NCBI GenBank assembly: GCA_963833505.1
Contig: CAWHYG010000007.1
Location: 195,964 to 259,963 of the forward strand
Direction of reading: 5' to 3'
Source: Candidatus Eiseniibacteriota bacterium
GTDB lineage: Bacteria > Eisenbacteria > RBG-16-71-46 > CAIMUX01
Length of the DNA stretch: 64,000 nucleotides
Below, in pieces: positions 27,978-37,655 of this stretch (positions are counted from its first letter, which is position 1; the number at the start of each line of letters is the position of its first letter). Position numbers and translations under genes: made by a program. Below the pieces are notes generated by a model. It ran no database searches, was not told where the DNA came from, and worked only from the letters and a program-made list of their open reading frames with translations.

Positions 27978-28934
27978 GTGGCATGGAAGGAGGACCGATT
28001 GAAGACGGCCTTGCTGTTCCCCGGACAGGGATCGCAGTTCGTCGGCATGGGCCGGGACCTCTACGAGCGCCATCCTGAGGCCCGGGCGACCTTCGACGAG
28101 GCCTGCGAGATCCTGGGTGTGGATCTGAAGCGCATCTGCTTCGAGGGGCCGGAGGAGGAGCTCCGGCGCACGCACAACACCCAGCCGGCGATCTTCGTCC
28201 ACAGCGTGGCGACGCTGCGATCGATGGGCCTCCGGCCGGAGGGCGCGGACTTCCGTGCCGCCGGACACAGCCTGGGCGAGTACAGCGCCTATGTCGCCGC
28301 GGGAGCGATCTCGTTCGCGGACGCGCTGCGGCTCGTGCGGAGACGCGGGGAGCTCATGTACCAGGCGGGCCTGGACCGGCCCGGCACCATGGCGGCCATC
28401 CTCGGCCTCGAGGGCCGGCGGGTGGCGGAAGTGCTCGAGTCGGTTCCCGGGATCGTCCGGGCCGCCAACTTCAACTCTCCGGGACAGGTCGTGATTTCCG
28501 GGGAGGTCGAGGCGGTCGGGTTGGCGGCGCAGCGCTTGAAGGAAGCGGGGGCGCGGAAGACGATCCCGCTCGAGGTGAGCGGGGCGTTTCACTCCCCCTT
28601 GATGAAAGGCGCGGCGCGGGGATTGTCCGAGATGCTGTCAGGGACGCCCCTGGCGCGCGCGCGCTGTCCGGTCCTGGCCAACGCCTCCGCGACCGAGGTA
28701 GTCGAGCCGGAAGCCATCCGGACCTCACTCGAGGCGCAGCTCCTCTCGCCGGTGCTCTGGGAACAGACGGTCCGCGCCCTCCTGGACTGGGGCGCCGGCC
28801 GGTTTGTCGAGATCGGACCGGGCAAGGTGCTCACCGGACTGGTTCGGGCCGCGGACAAGGAGGCGAGCACGCTGGCGATCGGGGACGCCGCGCAGGTCGA
28901 GGCCTTCCGAACGGAGGAGGGACGGGAGGCATGA
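27978..28934 (+). CDS. fabD: malonyl CoA-ACP transacylase
   Basis: ORF 27978..28934; ALLFPGQGSQFVGMG, GHSLGEYSA motifs; likely start is TTG at 27999 after aaggagg. Confidence 0.9.
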   Translation: MAWKEDRLKTALLFPGQGSQFVGMGRDLYERHPEARATFDEACEILGVDLKRICFEGPEEELRRTHNTQPAIFVHSVATLRSMGLRPEGADFRAAGHSLGEYSAYVAAGAISFADALRLVRRRGELMYQAGLDRPGTMAAILGLEGRRVAEVLESVPGIVRAANFNSPGQVVISGEVEAVGLAAQRLKEAGARKTIPLEVSGAFHSPLMKGAARGLSEMLSGTPLARARCPVLANASATEVVEPEAIRTSLEAQLLSPVLWEQTVRALLDWGAGRFVEIGPGKVLTGLVRAADKEASTLAIGDAAQVEAFRTEEGREA

Positions 28935-29752
28935 TCAACCGGAACGCATTCTCGATCTCGAACCTGCCCGCGGACGGAGAGCCCGCCTTGTCCGGCACGC
29001 GTCGACCTGGGAAGCTGGAAGGACGGGTCGCCCTGGTCACGGGGGGGAGCCGGGGGATCGGTCGGTCGGTCGCGCTTCGGCTGGCGGCGGACGGAGCCGA
29101 TCTCGCGCTGGTCGACCGGACGGGCGAGCCGGAGGGACCGGCGGTGGTGGAGATCCGCGCTCTCGGCCGCCGCTGCCGCCACTTCCGTTGCGACGTGTCC
29201 GATCCGGCCCGGGTGCAGGCGTTGGCGGCCGAGGTGCAGGAAGCGCTGGGCCCTGTCTCGATCCTGGTCAACAATGCCGGCGTCACCCGGGACAACTTGT
29301 TCCTGCGCCTCGGGACCGAGGAATGGGACACGGTGCTCGGGATCAACCTGAAAGGGGCGTTTCACTGCATCAAGTTCCTCAGCCGCGGTATGCTGAAGGA
29401 GCGATGGGGCCGGATCGTAAACATGAGCTCCGTCGTGGGCCAGATGGGAAACAAGGGGCAGGCGAACTACGCCGCCTCCAAGGCCGGCTTGATCGGGCTG
29501 ACGGTCTCAGTGGCCCGGGAGCTGGCCGAACGGGGGATCACGGTCAACGCCGTGGCTCCGGGGTACATTGACACCGACATGACCGGGATACTGCCGGAGC
29601 CGGTTCGCGCCGAGCTTCTCCGGAGCATTCCAGCGGGCCGGATCGGGCATCCCGAGGACGTCGCCGGGATCGTGGCGTTTCTCGCTTCGGACGAGGCGGC
29701 CTACATCACCGGCCAGGTCATCCGGGTCGACGGCGGCATGCTCATGGGCTGA
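28931..29752 (+). CDS. fabG: 3-oxoacyl-ACP reductase
   Basis: ORF 28931..29752; [29 protein letters not shown] motifs; ATGA overlap with fabD stop; has ~28-aa N-terminal extension so start is uncertain. Confidence 0.9.
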   Translation: MINRNAFSISNLPADGEPALSGTRRPGKLEGRVALVTGGSRGIGRSVALRLAADGADLALVDRTGEPEGPAVVEIRALGRRCRHFRCDVSDPARVQALAAEVQEALGPVSILVNNAGVTRDNLFLRLGTEEWDTVLGINLKGAFHCIKFLSRGMLKERWGRIVNMSSVVGQMGNKGQANYAASKAGLIGLTVSVARELAERGITVNAVAPGYIDTDMTGILPEPVRAELLRSIPAGRIGHPEDVAGIVAFLASDEAAYITGQVIRVDGGMLMG

Positions 29753-29841
29753 CGGCCGTGGGTGGTCCTCGCGGGAGGTCCCGGGGGGACCAGGTTCGAG
29801 GGGCGACGAAGGGGGGGGATGCCCCCGGAGGAAGGAATCCG

Positions 29842-30114
29842 ATGGACAACTACGAGCAGAAGATCCGGGACATCATCGTCGAACAGCTTGGGGTCACGCC
29901 CGAGAAGGTGACGCCGGAGGCGTCGTTCATCGACGACCTGGGTGCCGATTCCCTGGACACGGTCGAGCTGATCATGGCCCTGGAGGAGGCCTTCGAGATC
30001 GAGATCCCGGACGAGGACGCGGAGAAGATGGAGAAAGTAGGCGACGCGATCCGCTACCTGAAGGATCATTCTGGAGGCGGCCAAGTAGGGTGCCGCCATC
30101 GGCCTGGACCATAA
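29842..30114 (+). CDS. acpP: acyl carrier protein
   Basis: In-frame ATG (residue 29 of ORF 29758..30114): [18 protein letters not shown] ... [18 protein letters not shown] (phosphopantetheine-attachment Ser motif). Confidence 0.85.
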   Translation: MDNYEQKIRDIIVEQLGVTPEKVTPEASFIDDLGADSLDTVELIMALEEAFEIEIPDEDAEKMEKVGDAIRYLKDHSGGGQVGCRHRPGP

Positions 30115-30122
30115 GGAAACCC

Positions 30123-31370
30123 ATGAAGCATAAAGTCGTGATCACCGGGTTGGGCGCGATCACGCCTCTCGGTCTGACTACGCCCCATTTCTGGGGTGGG
30201 TTGATCGAAGGGCGTTCCGGCATCGGCCCCGTGACCCGCTTCGACACCACCTCATTCGCGAGCAAGATCGCCGGGGAAGTGCGCGGATTCGATCCCGGCA
30301 ACTACATGGATCGCAAGGAGGCGAAGAGAACCGATCCGTTCACCCAGTACGCGCTGGCCGCGGCCAAGGAGGCGGTGGAACAGAGCGGCCTGGACACGTC
30401 GGAGCAGAACGGAGAGCGGATCGGCTGCATCATCGGTTCGGGCATCGGCGGGACGACCACCTGGGAGGCCCAGCACCGGATCCTGCTCGAAAAGGGGCCC
30501 GAGCGCGTCTCCCCTTTCTTCGTCCCCATGATGATCGCGGACATGGCCTCGGGGCAGGTCTCGATCGTCTACGGAACCCGCGGGTCCAACTTCGCCACCG
30601 TCTCCGCCTGCGCCTCGGGCGCGCACGCGGTGGGGGAAGGGTTCCGCCTGATCGGGAGCGGCGATCTGGACGCCTGCATCGCCGGTGGAAGCGAAGCTCC
30701 GGTCACGCCGCTGGCCATGGCCGGGTTCTGCTCCATGAAGGCCCTGAGCTTCCGCAACGACGATCCCCCCCGGGCGAGCAGGCCCTTCGATCGCGACCGG
30801 GATGGCTTCGTGATGGGGGAGGGGGCTGGGGTCGTCATCCTGGAGTCGGAGGCACATGCCCGGGCCCGAGGCGCGACCATTCTCGCCGAGCTGGCGGGTT
30901 ACGGGAGCACCGCCGACGCCCACCACATCACGGCACCGGCTCCCGTGGGCGAAGGCGCAGCGCGAGCCATGCGGCTCGCGCTGGAATCGGCCGGGGCCCG
31001 TCTCGAGGAAGTGGATTACATCAACGCGCATGGAACCTCCACGCCTTTGAACGACAAGTATGAGACGATGGCGATCCACACGGTCTTCGGCGAGCACGCC
31101 CACAAGCTGGCGATCAGCTCGACCAAGTCCATGACCGGCCACCTCCTGGGGGCGGCCGGCGCCATCGAGCTGGTGGCGACGATTTTGACCGTGAGAAACG
31201 ACCTGCTTCCGCCGACCATCAACTATGAGACGCCTGATCCTGAGTGCGACCTGGACTACGTGCCGAACCGTGCTCGCCCGGCGAAGGTCCGATTCACGCT
31301 CAGCAATTCCTTGGGCTTCGGCGGACACAATGTGACGCTGGCGGTTCGGAAGTACCCGGCGGAAGACTGA
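30123..31370 (+). CDS. fabF: 3-oxoacyl-ACP synthase II
   Basis: In-frame ATG (residue 12 of ORF 30090..31370): MKHKVVITGLGAITPLG ... ACASGAHA ... HGTSTPLNDK ... GHLLGAAG. Confidence 0.95.
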   Translation: MKHKVVITGLGAITPLGLTTPHFWGGLIEGRSGIGPVTRFDTTSFASKIAGEVRGFDPGNYMDRKEAKRTDPFTQYALAAAKEAVEQSGLDTSEQNGERIGCIIGSGIGGTTTWEAQHRILLEKGPERVSPFFVPMMIADMASGQVSIVYGTRGSNFATVSACASGAHAVGEGFRLIGSGDLDACIAGGSEAPVTPLAMAGFCSMKALSFRNDDPPRASRPFDRDRDGFVMGEGAGVVILESEAHARARGATILAELAGYGSTADAHHITAPAPVGEGAARAMRLALESAGARLEEVDYINAHGTSTPLNDKYETMAIHTVFGEHAHKLAISSTKSMTGHLLGAAGAIELVATILTVRNDLLPPTINYETPDPECDLDYVPNRARPAKVRFTLSNSLGFGGHNVTLAVRKYPAED

Positions 31371-31419
31371 ATCGCGGCTTCCGCCGGCGGGCTCGCGCCC
31401 GCCTTCGGCAGGAAGAGAC

Positions 31420-32265
31420 ATGGGCTGGATCCAGCAGCTATGGCGGCGCCTTCAAGGCGGGCCAAAGCGCCAGGCCGCGGACATTCAAGGCATCCTGGAC
31501 GCCTTTCAGAGGGAGATCGGGCTCAGGTTCAACGACCAGGCCCTTCTCCGCCAGGCGCTGACCCATCGATCCTTCCTGGGGAGCAACGGAGCCGACCCGC
31601 GCCTGTCCAACGAGCGGATCGAGTTCCTCGGCGACGCCGTGCTCGAGCTGGCCGTGATCGAGTTCCTCTATCGCCTGTATCCGGAAGACCGCGAAGGAGC
31701 CCTGACGAAGAAGAAGGGGTTGCTCGTTTCCCGGGAGGTGCTGGCCCACTGCGCGGAGCGGATGCGTCTGGGGAACTACATCCTTTTGAGCGACGCCGAG
31801 CGGGATTCAGGCGGTCGGGCCCGGGCTTCGATCCTCGCCGACACCTTTGAAGCGGTGGCGGGCTCGATCCATCTCGATCACGGATTGGTCGAGGCCCGAC
31901 GCTTCGTGCGCGAGCGGCTGCTGGTGCATGCCGACAGCATCCTGAAGGATCAGTCCCTCTCGAATCACAAGAGCCTCCTGCAGGAGCGCGTCCAGGCCCG
32001 GTTCAAGACGCATCCTCGCTATCGGGTGGTCACGGAGAGCGGCCCGGACCACATGAAGGTGTTCACCGTGGAGGTCTCGATCCGGGGAATGCTCCTGGGG
32101 CGCGGGCAAGGGAACAACAAGAAGGAGGCGGAACAGGCCTCGGCGCAGAACGCCCTCTTCCGCCTCGGCCAGATCGAGCCCGACCTTCCCCCGGCAGAGC
32201 CCGCAGCGGCGCACCGCGAGACGCCGCCGGCCGGGACCGGCGGGGATCCAAGCCCATCCCCTTGA
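31420..32265 (+). CDS. rnc: ribonuclease III
   Basis: ORF 31420..32265; RNase III signature ERIEFLGDAVLELAV and C-terminal dsRBD; Pro/Ala-rich C-terminal tail. Confidence 0.9.
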   Translation: MGWIQQLWRRLQGGPKRQAADIQGILDAFQREIGLRFNDQALLRQALTHRSFLGSNGADPRLSNERIEFLGDAVLELAVIEFLYRLYPEDREGALTKKKGLLVSREVLAHCAERMRLGNYILLSDAERDSGGRARASILADTFEAVAGSIHLDHGLVEARRFVRERLLVHADSILKDQSLSNHKSLLQERVQARFKTHPRYRVVTESGPDHMKVFTVEVSIRGMLLGRGQGNNKKEAEQASAQNALFRLGQIEPDLPPAEPAAAHRETPPAGTGGDPSPSP

Positions 32266-32403
32266 GGCGCGTCCCCGGGGAGCCCTTGCGCCTCAAAGCC
32301 TGCTCGGACCTGCTTCGTCGGCGCCTCGGAGCCCTTGCGCGCCAAAGCCTGCACGGACCGTGGACGGCCGATCATCCTCCGCGGGAATCGCCGATCGATG
32401 CCT

Positions 32404-33786
32404 CTACAGCTTGAAGTTGGCGCCCAGAAGGAAGCGCTTGTCCGTGGTCTGCTCGATCGTGGTGGCGCCCGACACCGCAGAGGCGCCGAGCCGGGTGAAG
32501 CCGCCGGTGATGTAGGCTGCGTCCAGTGACATCGCCGGGTCGACCTGCACGCTCGCGCCGAAAGTGACGTAGCGCCGATCGTGGTCGAACTGCGCGGGCA
32601 CGGCCTCCCCCGCGAAGACATCGGTGGCGATCATCCGGTAGGCGACCGGCTGGGAGATGAATCCCGCCCTCACGCTGACCGGCGTCTTGGGAATGTCGTA
32701 CTGGGCTCCGAAGCGCAGATCGACGGTCGATCGGTAGGCGTAGGAATCGCCGGTTCGGATCGACTCGTGGTCTTCCTGGATCTGGGTCCAGTCGGCGAAC
32801 TGGGCGTCAGCCGAAAGGAGCAGCCCGCGCAGGGCCCCGTGAGGCGCCTGATAGGCGAGCCCGGCCGACAGGCGCGGCGGGAAATAGAACGTCTGCCGGA
32901 TCCGCTCCGATCCGTAGGGGAAGCTGTCCAGACTGTCGAGGCCACCGTTCACGACGATGCGCGCGCTGTCGCTCTGCGTGCGCTCGAGCGTGATCGACTC
33001 CGGCAGGTGCACCACCAGCCCGAATCCGAATCCGGTGTCGGAGTGGAGATAGGCTCCCAGGTCTCCGGTCACTCCGGTGAAGTCGCCGTGCCAGGTGGAG
33101 TATTCCTGGTCCGAGTCGAGGCCGTCGGCCGAGCCATAGCTGAACGTCCGGCTGAGGTCGGAGCTGCCGGACAGAACGGTTCCGCTCAGCCCGAGGGAAA
33201 GCGTCGGCGTGACCGCCAGGCCGAGGCCGATCCGGTAGGCCCCGACGCTGCCGTTCTCCTCGATGGCCTCCATCTCGTCCTTGACCGGTCCGCCCGAGCC
33301 CGAGCGCAAGTAGGACGAGTCCAGCGGGATCTCGCGGTCGTAGGAGAACCCCACGACGAAGGAGCCTCTCCAGGTGGGCACGGGATACGCGATGCCAAAC
33401 GAGTTGATTCCGCTTTCATCCGCGGTGGAGGAGGTCGGATTTCCGAAGTACCGGTTGTCCTGCTCCAGGGTCGCGTGCGAGAAGGTCCCGCCGATCTGGG
33501 TGTTCTGGATCTGGCTCAAGCCAGCCGGATTGTAGCTCAGGGCGGTGTAGTCCCGGGCGACGCCGGTCCACGCGCCCCCCATTCCCATGGCCACGGCCCC
33601 TGCTCCGGATTGGGAGACGAGGGGAAGGTCATCGGGAATCTGCGCCTCTGCTCGACCGGTCCAGGCGAGCGCGGCCAGAAGCAGAAACGACGCGGCCGTC
33701 CGGATGCTCGCCCCTGGAGCGCCTCGGCGGCTCGCCGCCGGCACCGGAAACGGATGACTCGCTTGGGAACTGCTGGATACCGTCAC
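32404..33786 (-). CDS. FadL/OmpP1-family outer-membrane beta-barrel protein
   Basis: ORF 32404..33786, 460 aa; signal peptide; N-terminal hatch-like motif GAGAVAMGMGGAWTGVARDYTALSYNPAGL (NPA motif); beta-strand-rich; ends ...LGANFKL. Confidence 0.65.
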   Translation of the reverse strand: MTVSSSSQASHPFPVPAASRRGAPGASIRTAASFLLLAALAWTGRAEAQIPDDLPLVSQSGAGAVAMGMGGAWTGVARDYTALSYNPAGLSQIQNTQIGGTFSHATLEQDNRYFGNPTSSTADESGINSFGIAYPVPTWRGSFVVGFSYDREIPLDSSYLRSGSGGPVKDEMEAIEENGSVGAYRIGLGLAVTPTLSLGLSGTVLSGSSDLSRTFSYGSADGLDSDQEYSTWHGDFTGVTGDLGAYLHSDTGFGFGLVVHLPESITLERTQSDSARIVVNGGLDSLDSFPYGSERIRQTFYFPPRLSAGLAYQAPHGALRGLLLSADAQFADWTQIQEDHESIRTGDSYAYRSTVDLRFGAQYDIPKTPVSVRAGFISQPVAYRMIATDVFAGEAVPAQFDHDRRYVTFGASVQVDPAMSLDAAYITGGFTRLGASAVSGATTIEQTTDKRFLLGANFKL

Positions 33787-33930
33787 GGAGATCCTCCTTC
33801 AAAACAGAGCGGCGCCGGAGCGGGGACGACGCAACGCTCGCCGGACGCCGTCGAGCGCAAGGGGGAACCCGGAGACCTGCTCTTGCTCAGGCGTCGTCAT
33901 CGTCTCCTCGGTTCCGCTGCGAGGTTCGCC

Positions 33931-34413
33931 TCATCGTCCCCAGGCGTGTCGCGACGCATCCCGATCCGGCGGCGATGGTGGCGGGGTGGATGAGTTCGAG
34001 TTGTTGGAATCGTCGTTCGTGCTCGCATCGACGCCGGTAGCAGGGGTGGGAGTGGTTCCCGAGCCCACCGGCGGGACGGTCGAGGCGCCGGAATTGCGGT
34101 TCCAGGCGCCGCGTCCGCTCGACGCGGGTGCCGGAGACGGCGTGGCCGATCCCGGCGCCGCGTGCCACCAGGAATCATCCCAGTACGACCACGGCTGGAC
34201 GAAGAAGACGTGGGGAACGACTCCGTAGGGCGTGAACGCCAAGTAGTACGGGTCGGTCCACTGGTCGTAGACTGTGGAGTCCGGCGGGGTCCCCAGGTCG
34301 GACTGATCCGACGCATCAGGCAGGCTCGGAGGGCGAAGCAACACGGTGTAGCAGCCGGTCCCGGCCACGACGATGAAAGCGGCAAGACAGAAGATGACCG
34401 CGAAGCGCGACAT
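33931..34413 (-). CDS. small secreted/membrane-anchored hypothetical protein (Trp/Tyr-rich core, Ser/Thr/Pro/Asn-rich tail)
   Basis: In-frame ATG (residue 120 of ORF 33931..34770): MSRFAVIFCLAAFIVVAGTGC signal/anchor; good GC3 bias downstream; no family recognised. Confidence 0.45.
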   Translation of the reverse strand: MSRFAVIFCLAAFIVVAGTGCYTVLLRPPSLPDASDQSDLGTPPDSTVYDQWTDPYYLAFTPYGVVPHVFFVQPWSYWDDSWWHAAPGSATPSPAPASSGRGAWNRNSGASTVPPVGSGTTPTPATGVDASTNDDSNNSNSSTPPPSPPDRDASRHAWGR

Positions 34414-36310
34414 GCCCGACCTCCCTGTCACCGGCTCCGCCGGCGCGGAGCCGTTTGTCGGACGCGAGTGCCAAATCCGCCGGGTCGAGAGCCGAAGAGG
34501 GCCGGTTCGGTCCTTCCCGCGGCTCACGAACTTCCTGACTCGGCTTCTTTCGACCGCAGCGTTGTCTTTTACCGTATACACGGCAGAGGCGGCGGCGTTC
34601 CCTGTTCCGGAGTTTACGCAGGTACTGCCGCAAGCAGGAGTATTTCCGCCGGACACGAGCGGGATCCGCGCCGCCCACGGCATCGTTCCGGCCAACGGAG
34701 CCGGTTCCGGACTGGAAGCGTTCCTGGCGGGTACGCTTCTGGAGGAGCAGGGACGCCACCGGGAGGCCATCGCGGAGTTCCGGAAGGCGCGGGCGGCCGA
34801 CTCGACGGACGTCGCGGCCCCGGTGGCGATCGCTCGCGCCTACGCGGAAATCGACCGCCCGGATTCGGCGGAGGCCTGGATCCGCGCGTCTCTTGGTCTC
34901 TCGCCCCGGAACCTCGAGGCGCTGGTCCTGGCGGGATCCATCGACGAAGGGCTGGGACGCCTCGACAGCGCGCGAGTGGAGTACCAACGGGCGCTTCAGG
35001 TTTCGCCCGACGATCCGGGCGCGTTCATGAATCTGCTGTCCCTCCTGCAGAGGCAGGGGCGCGGGCAGGAGGCCCTCGATCTCATCGAGCAATCCCGCTC
35101 GCCTCTGCTGGAGACGCCTCCGCTCGACTTCCGGAAGGCGCAGATCCAGGCATCTCTGGAGAAGTATCCCGAAGCGATCGAGTCCCTGGCACAGGTCTTG
35201 AAGCGGGAGCCGGATTTTCCGGATGCCGTGGCGCTGCTCCATCTCGCTCTGGCCAGATCGGCCGACCCGGTCTCGGCGGTGCCCGTCCTGGAGGAGATTC
35301 TCAGCGAGCAACCCCAGATGGACCGCGTCCGCGTGGAGCTGGCGCAGATCCTGATGTCCTCCGATCGCTGGAAGGACGCCATACCGCATCTGCAGTTCCT
35401 CTGGCAGGAGCATCCCAAGGACGAGATCATCGCCGCGCACCTCGGCGCGCTTCTGCTCCGGGCGGATCGGAACGCCGAAGCGCAGGCCGCTCTCGAATCC
35501 GCGGCCGGCCTCAAGCCCGATGATCCCGAGCCGCTCCGCCTGCTCTGGCAGGTCGCGTCTCAGTCGAATCGCGATCAGGATGCCCTGGGCCTGGCGAACC
35601 GGCTGGTCGGCCTGGAGCCTCGGGATGCCCGCAGCCGCACGATGCGCGCCCTGAGCCTGGCGAAGTTGGGACATGCGCCGGAGGCGCTGGCCGCGGCCGA
35701 CTCCGCCCTGGGGTTGGATCCGGGAGACAACGAAGCGGCCGTCCTGGCCTCGGGCATATTGAGTCGCCGGAAAGACTACGACGCGGCGGCGCGGCGCGTG
35801 CGGACCGTCATCCAGGCGCATCCGGACGACCGGCCCATGGAGTTCCGCCTGGGAGCGATCCTGGAAGAAGCCGGCCAGATCGACTCGTCTCTGGCGGTTT
35901 TCAACCGGATGCTGGCGGTGGACCCGGACGATGCGATCGCTCTCAATTTCGCCGGCTATATGTGCATCGAACGCGGAATCCGGATGGACGAAGCCATGGA
36001 TCGCGTTCGAAGGGCTCTCAAGTTGCAGCCGGACAACCCAGCATTTCTTGACAGTTACGGATGGGGCCTCTATCGCACGGGGAAGGCGGCCGAGGCGCTC
36101 GATCCGCTGAGCCGGGCCGCCTCGATCGACCCCGAGAATCCCGAGATCCTCAAGCACCTGGGCCGCGTCCAGGCCGAGGCCGGCCACAAGGACGCGGCGG
36201 CCGACACCTATCGGCGCGCGCTTCGCCTGACGCCGGGGGACCAGGAGCTTCAGGGATGGCAGCGGGAGCTGGAGCCGCTCACCGAGCCGCATCCCGATGC
36301 ATCCAAATAA
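34412..36310 (+). CDS. tetratricopeptide-repeat (TPR) protein
   Basis: ORF 34373..36310; many TPR units (e.g. AEAQAALESAAGLKPDDPEPLRLLWQVA); 5' ~300 nt has atypically low GC3, so the true start may lie further downstream (~34700-34830). Confidence 0.6.
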   Translation: MPDLPVTGSAGAEPFVGRECQIRRVESRRGPVRSFPRLTNFLTRLLSTAALSFTVYTAEAAAFPVPEFTQVLPQAGVFPPDTSGIRAAHGIVPANGAGSGLEAFLAGTLLEEQGRHREAIAEFRKARAADSTDVAAPVAIARAYAEIDRPDSAEAWIRASLGLSPRNLEALVLAGSIDEGLGRLDSARVEYQRALQVSPDDPGAFMNLLSLLQRQGRGQEALDLIEQSRSPLLETPPLDFRKAQIQASLEKYPEAIESLAQVLKREPDFPDAVALLHLALARSADPVSAVPVLEEILSEQPQMDRVRVELAQILMSSDRWKDAIPHLQFLWQEHPKDEIIAAHLGALLLRADRNAEAQAALESAAGLKPDDPEPLRLLWQVASQSNRDQDALGLANRLVGLEPRDARSRTMRALSLAKLGHAPEALAAADSALGLDPGDNEAAVLASGILSRRKDYDAAARRVRTVIQAHPDDRPMEFRLGAILEEAGQIDSSLAVFNRMLAVDPDDAIALNFAGYMCIERGIRMDEAMDRVRRALKLQPDNPAFLDSYGWGLYRTGKAAEALDPLSRAASIDPENPEILKHLGRVQAEAGHKDAAADTYRRALRLTPGDQELQGWQRELEPLTEPHPDASK

Positions 36311-36377
36311 AGGCAGGGGTTCGGGAACCCTTTCACCCCGACAGGGTTTCACCCGATGATGCCATAAGGGAGAAGAT

Positions 36378-37006
36378 ATGCAGGTGAGTGACGAAAAACG
36401 GGCGACACCGCTCATATCGGGGCTTCCGGACGAGGTCCTGATGGAACACGTCGTGAGGGGCTCGGAGGCGGCGTTCGCCACTCTGGTGGATCGCTACAAG
36501 GGCCGCGTCATCAACGTCGTCTGCCGGTTCATCAACGACCGGGATCGCGCCCAGGAGATCGCCCAGGAGGTGTTTCTCCGCGTCTTTGTGCACCGCGAAC
36601 GCTATCGTCCGAACGGCAAGTTCAGCACGTGGATCTACACGATCGCGGTGAACCTCGCGAAGAACGAGATCCGGCGCCGGGTGCGATCCGCGGAATCGTC
36701 AGCCTGGACGCGCTTCTGGAGGTGGCGGGCGACTCCAGCAAGTTCGTGGCCGACCCCGGCCCGCGCCCCGATCGCCGGCTGCGGCAGAGAGAGATCGAGG
36801 AGTGGGTGCAGAAGGGTCTGTCCGAGCTTCCGGAGAAGTACCGCGAGGTCATCATCCTGAGAGACTTTCAGCAGCTTTCCTACGAAGAGATCGAAGAGGT
36901 CTTGGGCATTCCGGGGGGGACGGTCCGTTCCCGGATCAATCGGGCCAGGGCATCGTTGCAGGAACGCCTGGGGGCCCTGGTGGAAGGTGGCATCGATGAA
37001 TTGTAG
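36378..37006 (+). CDS. ECF-family RNA polymerase sigma factor (apparent frameshift near 36690)
   Basis: ORF 36378..36860 has sigma region 2 (DEVLMEHVVRGSEAAFATLVDRYKGRVINVV ... STWIYTIAVNLAKNEIRRR); ORF 36629..37006 in another frame has region 4 (YREVIILRDFQQLSYEEIEEVLGIPGGTVRSRINRARASLQ); a single base in gaa(a)tc would join them. Confidence 0.8.
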
Positions 37007-37655
37007 GCAGGCGCGGGCTTTGTTCTCGAACCGCATCGACCATGAGCTGGCGACCCGGGACACCCAGCGTCTCGAGCGCCATGTGGCCGTGTGTCGTGAG
37101 TGCCAGGCCAAGTGGGAGTCCTTCGAGCTGACCGTCCGGATGGTCCGCACGTTGCCCCAGGCCGCTCCCGACGCCTCGTTCGTCGGCCAGGTGCTTGACC
37201 GCGTGCGGGGCTACGAGGCGGAGAACCGCGCCCGGGAGCGCGAGGCCCGGATCGGGATCCTCGACCGGATCCGGGACGGGCTGGAGGGCGCCCTCTGGCG
37301 GCGCCTGCAGCTTCCGGTCCAGCTTGCCGGAGCCGCGGCGTTCGGGCTGTTGGCGGGCTTTGTCGTCACGCAGACCCATCTGTTGTCCGGGAGGGTTCCG
37401 ATGACGATGACCGCCGCCATCCAGGGCTCCGTTCCGTTCTCCTCAGCGAGCGCCGTGGCCGGCGTCGTCCAGTCGCGCCGACCGTTCGACGACCTCGTCG
37501 GGACCATTGCGGAAAGGCAGGGATCCGGAAACTCCGACTCGGCTGCCGCCGTCCGGTCGCCGTCTTCGGACGCCGCGTCCGGTGTGCTGCAGGGGTCCGG
37601 GGCGGAGCGCCAGGTGAGCTTGAGTGCCGATGGCCGCCCTCAAATCACCTTCTAG
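36987..37655 (+). CDS. anti-sigma factor, zf-HC2 type, single TM helix
   Basis: ORF 36987..37655; N-terminal CRQA...H-x3-C-x2-C zinc-finger pattern (HVAVCRECQ); central TM LAGAAAFGLLAGFVV; directly follows and overlaps the ECF sigma gene. Confidence 0.7.
   Translation: MASMNCRQARALFSNRIDHELATRDTQRLERHVAVCRECQAKWESFELTVRMVRTLPQAAPDASFVGQVLDRVRGYEAENRAREREARIGILDRIRDGLEGALWRRLQLPVQLAGAAAFGLLAGFVVTQTHLLSGRVPMTMTAAIQGSVPFSSASAVAGVVQSRRPFDDLVGTIAERQGSGNSDSAAAVRSPSSDAASGVLQGSGAERQVSLSADGRPQITF

Noticed and set aside
34316-36481. 721-aa minus-strand ORF antisense to the TPR gene
   Set aside because: The + strand encodes regular TPR repeats; the antisense translation is low-complexity.
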